From contig JAXLVP010000002.1 in NCBI GenBank assembly GCA_046328905.1, positions 197,499 to 261,498 on the forward strand: a DNA stretch of 64,000 bases, given 5' to 3'. Below are positions 55,926 through 64,000 of this stretch, one piece after another. Positions within the stretch are counted from its first letter, which is position 1; each line of letters begins with the position of its first letter. The notes under the pieces are model-generated. The model saw nothing but the letters and a program-made list of their open reading frames with translations. It made no database searches and was not told the DNA's origin. This DNA comes from Bdellovibrionota bacterium. Lineage in GTDB: Bacteria > Bdellovibrionota_C > UBA2361 > SZUA-149 > CAZDWZ01. The position numbers and the translations under genes are program-made.

Positions 55926-55969
55926 GGGGGGTGTTGAGACCGGCCAGTCTCGACATCCCCCATTTTTTT
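55926..55969 (+). terminator. Rho-independent terminator
   Basis: GGGGGTGTTGAGAC-loop-GTCTCGACATCCCCC hairpin followed by a T7 tract. Confidence 0.6.
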
Positions 55970-56219
55970 CGCTGCTACGCACATTTTTCGTTCCCTCCAG
56001 GCGTCCGCGCAGCGCTCGCCTAGACCAACCTCAACCGTTAAGCCCCTAATTTCTCTAGCCTTTCAAGAAATGCGCAATTTTGTACAACAGGGTGAACAAA
56101 AAGCTTAAGTTTTGGCCGTATGTGGCCGTTTGAACATTTGGGACGCGGTGGACGTTCAATTTTGAACATCAGGGAGCCGCGCTATTAGAAACTGTATTCG
56201 GTCGGATGTGGTATCAGCT

Positions 56220-56465
56220 ATGAACAATGCAGAGTTAGATAAATTCAGTCGGTTAGTGAACCTCACGGAACACAAAGCAGAGGAACAAGCCAAAAGACGT
56301 CCTCGCGCGATGACCACGCTGAAGCTGCAGTGGCTCGCTGAGCGTCTGCGCAAGACCGAGCAGATCAAAAAGGCGGTCGCCGCCGGAACATACCGAGTCG
56401 AGTCGAAGCTCGTCGCTCAGGCGCTCCTCGGTATCAATGTCGATCTCACAAAAGACAACATCTGA
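56220..56465 (+). CDS. flgM: anti-sigma-28 factor FlgM-like protein
   Basis: C-terminal KKAVAAGTYRVESKLVAQALL matches the FlgM sigma-28-binding helix pattern; small size (81 aa). Confidence 0.55.
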   Translation: MNNAELDKFSRLVNLTEHKAEEQAKRRPRAMTTLKLQWLAERLRKTEQIKKAVAAGTYRVESKLVAQALLGINVDLTKDNI

Positions 56466-56530
56466 TCTCTCTCACAGAGTGCGGGGGCAGGCCCGCGTTC
56501 TGATCTCTCGGCGCAACTACTCACTGTCTA

Positions 56531-56556
56531 GCGGGGTTCCCACCCCGCTTTTTTTT
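56531..56556 (+). terminator. Rho-independent terminator downstream of flgM
   Basis: GCGGGGT-TCCC-ACCCCGC hairpin followed by T8. Confidence 0.65.
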
Positions 56557-56887
56557 GGCTGAGCGGATGACTGTCTCCGCGGCTGCAACACTTCTGTCCG
56601 GAGCGCTTCGATACATCCCGCGTCAGCAAACTTCCGCGCATTCGACTCAGCGTAAGACCGTAGCCCCCGCGCTACCCGCTTCGGTAACAGTGGCAACAAC
56701 TGCCGAGGCGAAGGTCCGCAAACACTTCAGAGCCCGTTGCTGCGCAGAATCGCGCAGCTGGAGCCTCGTAAACACGCTTCCGCCACAGAACTCTGCTGTT
56801 TCTTCTCGCAGAAGATTATAGTAGCGTTTCGCTGCCGGTCATCGGGCCGGGCGGTAATTATTGGCAAAACTCATTTCGGATAGTTTT

Positions 56888-57328
56888 ATGAAAGTATCGT
56901 CTCGCCACTGTCTTCTCGCCCTCGGCGCATCGCTTCTTTTCGTATCGTCGGCCACCAGCGCATTCGCCGGAAAACCGGAGCGCGATCGCGCGGATGACAT
57001 CAAGCCGAAGCAGGAAGAAGTGCAAAAGAAATTCAAAGAAACCTGCGGATGCGATGTGCATGTAAACGTCAAGTTTGAATCGTACGCTACGGTCGACGAC
57101 ATGGCTTACATCGACCAAAGTCTCGATTCGCTTTCGTCCGCAGCTTCCGCGTACTGCGAAAAGGAAGCCGACAAAAAAGCTCTGTGCGAATCTCTGACTG
57201 AAGTGGAGTTCTCGTTTGCCAAGGACGAGTCGACGGCAAAGCTCGAAGGAAAGAAGATCAGCGTTACGACTGGGCCGCATAGCTATGCGAGCGATACGGC
57301 CTTCTCAACGATCTTGAACAAATTCTAA
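56888..57328 (+). CDS. secreted hypothetical protein
   Basis: Signal peptide MKVSSRHCLLALGASLLFVSSATSAFA; Lys/Glu-rich mature part with 4 Cys. Confidence 0.5.
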   Translation: MKVSSRHCLLALGASLLFVSSATSAFAGKPERDRADDIKPKQEEVQKKFKETCGCDVHVNVKFESYATVDDMAYIDQSLDSLSSAASAYCEKEADKKALCESLTEVEFSFAKDESTAKLEGKKISVTTGPHSYASDTAFSTILNKF

Positions 57329-57348
57329 CCAGCGTTTGTCCGCTCGGA

Positions 57349-57383
57349 GGCGGCGGGATTACTTTTCCTCGCCGCCTTTTTTT
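57349..57383 (+). terminator. putative Rho-independent terminator (overlaps the 3' end of the convergent ClC gene)
   Basis: GGCGGCG ... CGCCGCC stem followed by T7. Confidence 0.45.
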
Positions 57384-58888
57384 CCATCCACCCGCTTTCT
57401 CAATCGCTTACGAACCGAAGAAACTCGCTTCGTCAGACTTCCCTCTCTTACACGCATCGAACCGATCGTAACCTCTCCGATAGGCACGTCGAGATCGAAC
57501 TCGAGTCCGGCGGACTTCGCAAATCCGATTCGTTGACTCGGATACACACTCCGGTGGCCGACGATGAGATACGCCGCGCACACGGAAAGCGCAGCGTACA
57601 CTCCGACCGGTCCGGGAAGAATTTCCATTCCCATCACCGCGGCGGCGATTGGTGTGTTGGTGCTCGCACCAAGTAGCGAGATGAATCCGAAGGCCGAAAC
57701 GAGGCTGATTGGAAGGCCGCAGAGCTGCGCTATCGCGGCTCCGACCGTCGTTCCAATGAAGAACAGCGGAGTCAGAATCCCCCCGCTGCCTCCGACCTCC
57801 AACGTGACGGCGGTAGCGAGCATCTTCAGCAATCCGGCAGCAATAGGGGCATTACCGCCGTGAAGCACCGCCTCGATTGTCTCGACTCCGAGACCCGAAT
57901 AGAGCGCGCCGAAGATGAAAAAGAAAATAACCAGCAATGCGCCACCGAAGCAGGCGACTTGGTAGGGGTGACTTCGGTAGTGATGCAATCGCGCTTCAAT
58001 GAGCTCGGTAAGCTCGATGAAAAGGAGAGCAACCAACCCGAAAATGACTCCAAGTCCCAGCGTCAATAAGACAAAGACGAACTGTCCAGAGACGATCGTG
58101 CTCGGCGGCACATTTACGACAGGCGGCGACACGTCGCAAACCAGGTGCGCCATAATCCCGGCGAGAAGACTTGGAAACAGTACCGAGTATTCGATCCGAC
58201 CAAGATAGAGCACTTCGATCCCGAAGAGCGCCCCCGAGACGGGAGTTCCAAACACAGCCGCGAATCCGGCGCTGATTCCACAGATCACCAATCGCCTTCG
58301 GTCTGCGTCTGCGAGCCGAAGCACGTCAGCGAACAGGCTGGACACCGCAGCGCCGATCTGTGCGCACGGTCCCTCTTTTCCGACAGATCCGCCCGTGGCA
58401 AGCGTGAGAATCGTAGCAAGCAACTTGACCGGCGCGACCTTCCAAGAAATTCGGCCTGAGCGCTGATGCACCGCCTCGATCACTGCTTCCGTTCCGTGCC
58501 CCTGGGCTTCTGGTGCGAAGGTTCGAATGAGAAATACACAAAGTGGAAGAGAAAGAGGCAGCCACAGATAGGGAGGCACGCGATTTCCTGTTTCCGTCGC
58601 AAGCCATGCGGACGCTTCGGCAAGAGACCAGAGGAAGAACTTGGTCCCGATCCCGACGCACAGGCCGGAGATCGTCCCTAAGATAGCCCATTTCGTGGTA
58701 GTGACGAAGAGGGCGGTATGTTCGATATACCATTTCGATCGCGGCTCGCTGGCGACCTTTTGAGATTCCTGCTGAACACGTTCTTCGACGGGTGCGAGGG
58801 ACGGCCCGACTTCCGAGGCTTCCGTTGGAGAAGCACCTTCATCATCCATAGCTCCGACTCTAACCTTTGTGTGCGTAGACGCGACCAT
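57359..58888 (-). CDS. ClC-family chloride channel / H+-Cl- antiporter
   Basis: Selectivity-filter motifs GSVGKEGP and GTPVSGALFGIE; multi-TM; alternative start ATG 58849. Confidence 0.8.
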   Translation of the reverse strand: MVASTHTKVRVGAMDDEGASPTEASEVGPSLAPVEERVQQESQKVASEPRSKWYIEHTALFVTTTKWAILGTISGLCVGIGTKFFLWSLAEASAWLATETGNRVPPYLWLPLSLPLCVFLIRTFAPEAQGHGTEAVIEAVHQRSGRISWKVAPVKLLATILTLATGGSVGKEGPCAQIGAAVSSLFADVLRLADADRRRLVICGISAGFAAVFGTPVSGALFGIEVLYLGRIEYSVLFPSLLAGIMAHLVCDVSPPVVNVPPSTIVSGQFVFVLLTLGLGVIFGLVALLFIELTELIEARLHHYRSHPYQVACFGGALLVIFFFIFGALYSGLGVETIEAVLHGGNAPIAAGLLKMLATAVTLEVGGSGGILTPLFFIGTTVGAAIAQLCGLPISLVSAFGFISLLGASTNTPIAAAVMGMEILPGPVGVYAALSVCAAYLIVGHRSVYPSQRIGFAKSAGLEFDLDVPIGEVTIGSMRVREGSLTKRVSSVRKRLRKRVDGKKGGEEK

Positions 58889-59122
58889 CGATCAGCGGCG
58901 CCACTGCGCTGCGGTCGATTCGATGCTCGGTTTGTGGATCTCATTTCAACGGATGTCAACAAACGTAAAGTGCGTTCTAGGCGATGAACATCCGAAGTGT
59001 ATAGAATTATTCACGATACCGTCGGACGAGAAACGGCAACCGCAACAGCGCTTCGCCGTTCCAATTCATTGAGCGAGAGAACAGCAAACCGCTCGCAAGT
59101 GATAGGACGAGCGTCAACGACG

Positions 59123-59464
59123 TTATTTGGAGGGAACGATATAGTACGGGTAAGGTTGCCCGTCCTTGAAGTCATAGTACGGTTTCGCGTTTGAACCGAC
59201 AATCGGATTTGAGCCGTTTGCCGGACCGTTTTTTGTCAGCGCACCCCAAGTGAAGTCGTTCGCCGTCAACTGGCGGTCCGGCATGTTCACGTTGACCGGT
59301 GGATTGCCGAGCATGAAGCGCGCCTCGTCAGCATTCGCGATACGCCCTTCGCCCTGCTCCGCAGGAGTATTCTCGGTGTTCGGCAAAGAATCAGCAGATG
59401 CTGCCGACACAGCAAAACAGACGGCAAGAAAAGGCAGCGCTACCGCAACTTTCACACGTCTCAT
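59123..59464 (-). CDS. small secreted hypothetical protein
   Basis: Signal peptide MRRVKVAVALPFLAVCFAVSAASA; about 114 aa. Confidence 0.45.
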   Translation of the reverse strand: MRRVKVAVALPFLAVCFAVSAASADSLPNTENTPAEQGEGRIANADEARFMLGNPPVNVNMPDRQLTANDFTWGALTKNGPANGSNPIVGSNAKPYYDFKDGQPYPYYIVPSK

Positions 59465-59631
59465 GACAACGCACTCCATCACAATCGTTCACCCCTTGTT
59501 ATGCGGCTCAACACTCATGGTGTCGCGCTTAGCCCGCCAATTCACTACTGAAATTACTTGCCGATAAGCTCAGGATTAAACCATAATACACCGACACCGA
59601 CACATACGTATAACATCCTTCTAGCCGTGCC

Positions 59632-61251
59632 ATGAGCGTCATCTCCTCCCAGCTCAAAACCTCTCTTCCTGAGTTCAAACAACGGGCGAGTGAATACACG
59701 AAGCTTACCGAGGAGCTTCAAGCACTGCTCGGACGCGCTGCCCAACCTGCGGACGAGTCTGCAAGGGCTCTCGCACGAGAGCGCGGAAAGCTCCTCACCG
59801 AAGAGCGTGTCGAAGCACTGATCGACGTCGGCTCGCCGGTTCTCGATATCGCACCGCTTGCAGGCCTAGGTGTCGATGGGAGCACCGAGCCGGGCGCGGG
59901 AATCACGACCTGCATTGCCCAGGTCTCCGGTCGAAGCTGCATGATTGTCGCCAACAATCCTGCGGTGAAGGGGGGAACCTATTTCCCAACTACGGTAAAA
60001 AAGCATCTCCGTGCGCAAGACATCGCGCTGGAGAATGGGCTCCCGTGCATCTACCTCGTAGATAGCGGGGGGGCATTTCTTCCTCTCCAAGATCAGGTGT
60101 TTCCCGATCGTTTTCACTTCGGTCGCATCTTCTACAACCAAGCAATCATGAGCGCTCATGGGATACCCCAGATCTCCCTCGTTCTCGGCTCGTCTACCGC
60201 GGGCGGAGCGTACGTGCCGGCCATGAGCGACGAAACGATCATGGTTCGCGGAAACGCAACGATCTTCCTGGGCGGACCGCCGCTCGTCAAAGCGGCAACA
60301 GGCGAAGAGGTCACTCCCGAAGAGCTCGGCGGTGCGGAAGTCCACACCAAAGTCAGCGGCGTTGCTGACCATCTTGCCGAAAACGAGCTGCACGGCATCC
60401 AGCTTGCTCGCGATGCCGTCCGCGCACTTGGGCCGGAACGTACACAACTGGTACATCGTCTCACGAGAACACAAGCGCCTGAGCCACCTCTGTATCCTGT
60501 CGAAGAAATTTACGGAATTGTCGGTGGCGACCTGAAGAAAAGCTTCGCAATGCGTGAGGTCTTGGCTCGACTCCTGGACGGCTCACGGCTGCATGAGTTC
60601 AAAGCGGAATACGGCAAGACGATTATCTGCGGATTCGCTCACATCGATGGCTATTCTGTGGGGGTCATCGCCAATGATGGAATTCTGTTCAGTGAGTCTG
60701 CACTGAAAGCTACTCATTTCATTGAGCTCTGCAACCAGAGAGGGATACCCCTTCTCTTCGTTCAGAACATCGTAGGCTTCATGGTCGGTAAGTCTTACGA
60801 GAACGAAGGCATCGCGAAGCACGGAGCGAAAATGGTCTCCGCGGTGGCCACTTCTCGCGTCCCTAAATTCACCCTCGTCGTCGGCGGCTCGTTCGGCGCG
60901 GGAAACTACGGGATGTGTGGAAGAGCCTACGAGCCTCGCTTTCTCTTTACTTGGCCCAGCTCTCGAATTTCAGTCATGGGAGGCACTCAAGCAGCGCGAG
61001 TGCTGACTGATATCAAGCTGGCCGCGGGAAAACGGAAAGGCGCTGCGGTCGACAAAGAAGAGCTCGAACGATACCACAGCTCCATCCTGGAAAAGTACGA
61101 AACCGAGGGAAGCCCGTATTACGCCACGGCTCGGCTGTGGGACGACGGCGTCGTCGATCCGATTGATACTCGGCAGATTCTCTCCCTCGCTTTCGCTGCG
61201 ACCAAATTCGATCCGTCGACCTCATATCATCCCGGCGTGTTTCGGATGTAA
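59632..61251 (+). CDS. acyl-CoA carboxylase carboxyltransferase (beta) subunit, methylcrotonyl-CoA carboxylase-like
   Basis: 539 aa with the two carboxyltransferase half-domains. Confidence 0.8.
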   Translation: MSVISSQLKTSLPEFKQRASEYTKLTEELQALLGRAAQPADESARALARERGKLLTEERVEALIDVGSPVLDIAPLAGLGVDGSTEPGAGITTCIAQVSGRSCMIVANNPAVKGGTYFPTTVKKHLRAQDIALENGLPCIYLVDSGGAFLPLQDQVFPDRFHFGRIFYNQAIMSAHGIPQISLVLGSSTAGGAYVPAMSDETIMVRGNATIFLGGPPLVKAATGEEVTPEELGGAEVHTKVSGVADHLAENELHGIQLARDAVRALGPERTQLVHRLTRTQAPEPPLYPVEEIYGIVGGDLKKSFAMREVLARLLDGSRLHEFKAEYGKTIICGFAHIDGYSVGVIANDGILFSESALKATHFIELCNQRGIPLLFVQNIVGFMVGKSYENEGIAKHGAKMVSAVATSRVPKFTLVVGGSFGAGNYGMCGRAYEPRFLFTWPSSRISVMGGTQAARVLTDIKLAAGKRKGAAVDKEELERYHSSILEKYETEGSPYYATARLWDDGVVDPIDTRQILSLAFAATKFDPSTSYHPGVFRM

Positions 61252-61281
61252 TCCGGTATCCACGGCCCATGTAAGGTCCCT

Positions 61282-63354
61282 GTGGCAAAGAAACAAACAG
61301 CTCCTTCCATGAAACGAGTTTTGATCGCGAATCGCGGTGAGATCGCCGCACGCGTGCTTCGCGCCTGCAAGAAGCTGGGCCTTGAGACCGTTGCGGTGTA
61401 TTCCGACGCCGACAGCGCCGCACCATATCTGGCACTAGCTGACGCGAAAGCTCATCTCGGGCCGGCCGCTGCCTCAGAGTCGTATCTCAGAATCGACAAA
61501 TTGATTGCGGCGGCGAAAGCGAATAGCGCTGATGCTGTCCACCCCGGTTACGGATTTCTCGCAGAGAGCCCAGAATTCGCAGACGCTGTGGAAAACGCAG
61601 GGCTAATTTTTGTCGGGCCGAGCGCAACCGTGATGAAGCGGGCCGGCCACAAGGACTCTGCCCGAAAAGCAGCCGCCGCTGTTGGACTGCCGATTCCACC
61701 CGGATACGATGCCCTAGACCAATCCGAGAACACCCTTGTCGAAGCGGCTCGCGGAATCGGAGTTCCGCTGCTGGTCAAAGCCGCAGCGGGTGGCGGCGGG
61801 AGGGGGATGCGTCTCGTTCGAGATCTGAGCACGCTCGACGATTCAATCGTGAGCGCGGCTCGGGAGGCCAAAGCGTTCTTCGGCGACGGCCGTTTGATTC
61901 TCGAACGGTACATCGCGCCTGCGCGTCACATCGAAGTACAGCTCATTGCCGACCGTTTCGGGTCCATCTGCCACCTCTTTGAGCGTGATTGCTCGCTCCA
62001 GCGCCGATACCAGAAAGTGATCGAAATCGGTCCCGCGCCCGCTCTGCCGAATGCTATTCGGAGCGCTCTGTTCGAAGCTTCGCTGAAGCTCGGTCAATCG
62101 CTGCAGCTCGTAGGAGCAGCCACGGTAGAATTCTTGGTCCCGTCGGCCCCGCAGGCCGGCGAACCGCCATTTTACTTTCTTGAGATCAATCCTCGGGTGC
62201 AGGTCGAGCATCCCGTCACAGAGCTCATCACCGGCATGGACATCGTGGAGCTTCAGCTTCGGGTGGCCCGTGGAGAAAGGCTGGCGTTCGCTCAGTCGGA
62301 TGTCGGCTGCAGCGGTGCCGCAATCGAGGCTCGTATTTGCGCCGAAGTACCGAGCGAACAGTTCCGCCCAAGCGGAGGAACAATCGGAACGCTCACGCTC
62401 CCGCAAGCATCTTCCAACCTCCGCCTGGACCACGCTCTCGCTGAAGGGCTCGAGATTGCGTCGCACTATGATTCGCTTCTGCTCAAGCTCATTGCGTACG
62501 GGGGCGACCATGCGTCAGCCCGCCAAACTCTGATTGAAGCGCTCGCTCGCGTCAGCATCGGAGGGCTGGAGACGAACCAACGGTTCCTGATCAGGCTTCT
62601 CGAGTCATCTCCCGAGCTCCACTACCACACGACGTTCATCGATTCTCAGATTAGCGAGCTCAGCTCAGCTTCTCGCGAGGAATCGGAATTCTTTGCCTCG
62701 GCCGCGGTTGCCGCAAGCTTAGGTTTCGCGTATCGGAGCGCAGCCACCTCCGACGCGCTTCGTTTTTTTCGGATGAATCGTGCTGCAGACGGAACAAGGT
62801 GCATTTTCGCTCCTTCCCGTCTGTATCGAGTCGAATCATCGCTCGTCGACAGCTCTGTCAGCGTGGAAGCGCGTGTGATTGGTTGGCGAGATGGGGCACT
62901 CTCGCTTGTCACCAATGGGCAAATTTTGAACGTTACTGCGGAGTCAGATTTTTCAGTCGCCGTCGAAAGCGGCTCCAAGAAGATTCGAGCGACGCTCGTT
63001 GAGCGAAAAGGCGCCGATGGCGACGAAGTGCTGAAGCTTCAGATGCTTGGTTCGGTCGCGCGCGTCCAGATGGCACCACTCGTTCAGTTGGCGGTTGGTC
63101 AGGAGGAGTCTACCGGTAAGATTTTATCTCCGCTCCCCGGGCGAGTGCTCAGCCTCCCATTCGCTGCCGGTTCAGAGGTTCTGAGCGGAGACTGCGTCGC
63201 TGTCATCGAGTCTATGAAGATGGAGCACTCATTGAACGCGAAGTCTTCCGGCACGGTGAAAGAGGTTCTCACGAAAGTCGGCGACTCCGTGAAAGCCGGG
63301 GACATTATCGTTCTCCTAGAACCAACGGAATTAGTGCAATCGTCCGGCTCATAA
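61282..63354 (+). CDS. acyl-CoA carboxylase biotin-carboxylase/biotin-carrier (alpha) subunit, methylcrotonyl-CoA carboxylase-like
   Basis: Biotin carboxylase ATP-grasp N-terminus (KRVLIANRGEIA) and C-terminal biotinyl domain with IESMKMEH (biotinylation lysine); GTG start with AAGG RBS. Confidence 0.85.
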   Translation: MAKKQTAPSMKRVLIANRGEIAARVLRACKKLGLETVAVYSDADSAAPYLALADAKAHLGPAAASESYLRIDKLIAAAKANSADAVHPGYGFLAESPEFADAVENAGLIFVGPSATVMKRAGHKDSARKAAAAVGLPIPPGYDALDQSENTLVEAARGIGVPLLVKAAAGGGGRGMRLVRDLSTLDDSIVSAAREAKAFFGDGRLILERYIAPARHIEVQLIADRFGSICHLFERDCSLQRRYQKVIEIGPAPALPNAIRSALFEASLKLGQSLQLVGAATVEFLVPSAPQAGEPPFYFLEINPRVQVEHPVTELITGMDIVELQLRVARGERLAFAQSDVGCSGAAIEARICAEVPSEQFRPSGGTIGTLTLPQASSNLRLDHALAEGLEIASHYDSLLLKLIAYGGDHASARQTLIEALARVSIGGLETNQRFLIRLLESSPELHYHTTFIDSQISELSSASREESEFFASAAVAASLGFAYRSAATSDALRFFRMNRAADGTRCIFAPSRLYRVESSLVDSSVSVEARVIGWRDGALSLVTNGQILNVTAESDFSVAVESGSKKIRATLVERKGADGDEVLKLQMLGSVARVQMAPLVQLAVGQEESTGKILSPLPGRVLSLPFAAGSEVLSGDCVAVIESMKMEHSLNAKSSGTVKEVLTKVGDSVKAGDIIVLLEPTELVQSSGS

Positions 63355-63433
63355 ACGCCGTCGGTACCCAAGCCGAACGGCTCGAGACGAAGCTCAGCGA
63401 CTGATTGTTCCAGCGACGCGCAAAAAGAAAAGT

Positions 63434-63991
63434 CTAGAACGGAGACACCGGCCGATTGAACGGATTCGTTTCCGGGGTCGGTGAAGCCTCCGGCGCAGCT
63501 CCCCCCTGGTCAGCCTTGGGACGGCGCGGCCTCGGCTTCTTAATCGGAGCCGGTTTTCCGACAACGATCTTCGGCGTCGGCGCAGCCTCTGCGGCACCGG
63601 TATCCGCGCTTGGCGCGGCGTCAGGCGTGTCTTCGATCGTTTCCTCCTCGAGCTCGGGAAGCGCACCCTGCTCGACGTGTATCTTCGGTTCGTCAGGAAT
63701 GATGGCCTCGGAGGGCACGTAAAGCCAGCATTTCATTTCGGAGATCTGCGTTGAGAGACACTTCCCGATCCTTTGATTGCAATCCTTTCGCACCGAGTTC
63801 ATGACGAGCTGACGACTGGTAAAGTCCATGGTGGGAAAGCTTCCCGATACGTTCGAGAGCTTCTTGAGTACGCATCCCGATTTGCTTTGGTGATCTCCAC
63901 GGCAAGCATCGATCGCCTGCGCCTGAACGGAGGCCAAGCGTGCATTCAACTTCGCTTTGATGTCTTCAACCAGACTTCCCTGCTCGCTCAC
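63434..63991 (-). CDS. hypothetical protein with Pro/Ala-rich C-terminal tail (may extend beyond the window edge)
   Basis: ORF reaches within 9 nt of the window end; first in-frame start is GTG. Confidence 0.3.
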   Translation of the reverse strand: MSEQGSLVEDIKAKLNARLASVQAQAIDACRGDHQSKSGCVLKKLSNVSGSFPTMDFTSRQLVMNSVRKDCNQRIGKCLSTQISEMKCWLYVPSEAIIPDEPKIHVEQGALPELEEETIEDTPDAAPSADTGAAEAAPTPKIVVGKPAPIKKPRPRRPKADQGGAAPEASPTPETNPFNRPVSPF

Positions 63992-64000
63992 GGTCGCGTA

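Noticed and set aside
55564-55969. Assignment of the candidate ncRNA to tmRNA, RNase P RNA, SRP RNA or 6S RNA
   Set aside because: I could not find the hallmark motifs (tmRNA tag ORF with tRNA-like ends, RNase P conserved GGAAAGTCCGG-type blocks, SRP domain IV) on either strand; left as an unclassified candidate.

Overview
GC-rich bacterial chromosomal window with about 60 protein-coding genes; I recognise no rRNA, tRNA, CRISPR array, transposase or integrase. All calls rest on reading motifs in the supplied six-frame translations and on codon/RBS inspection; nothing was searched against a database. Layout: (1) 1-38.4 kb is a large, heavily tailored nucleotide-sugar / surface-glycan locus: split transketolase, a SIS-transaldolase fusion, a cytidylyltransferase-PfkB kinase fusion, GmhB-like phosphatase, sugar-phosphate nucleotidyltransferase, nucleotide-sugar dehydrogenase, two SDR epimerases, a UDP-galactopyranose-mutase-like flavoenzyme, about eight methyltransferases, DegT aminotransferase, GNAT, formyltransferase, radical SAM/SPASM enzyme, PhyH-like oxygenase, a PEP-utilising dikinase-like protein, an APS-kinase-like protein, a TPR-sulfotransferase-like protein, WecB and a GT4 glycosyltransferase. 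(2) 38.5-42.3 kb is a sensor histidine kinase plus a response regulator carrying cNMP-binding and Crp-type HTH domains. (3) 42.5-50.8 kb is HAD hydrolase, deaminase-fold protein, alpha/beta hydrolase, then rodA-mrdA-mreD-mreC-mreB on the minus strand. (4) 50.9-64 kb is mixed: cytochrome c, MORN-variant lipoprotein, WS/DGAT acyltransferase, flgM-like gene, ClC channel, and biotin-dependent acyl-CoA carboxylase beta and alpha subunits. The best candidates for undescribed biology are inside the glycan locus: a translationally coupled radical-SAM/SPASM-led seven-gene operon with no peptide substrate in sight, and a module (dikinase-like + APS-kinase-like + nucleotidyltransferase + sulfotransferase-fold protein) that could make either a sulfated glycan or a phosphoramidate-type modification. 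The locus appears to carry its own sedoheptulose-7-phosphate supply and is bracketed by two paralogous small secreted proteins.
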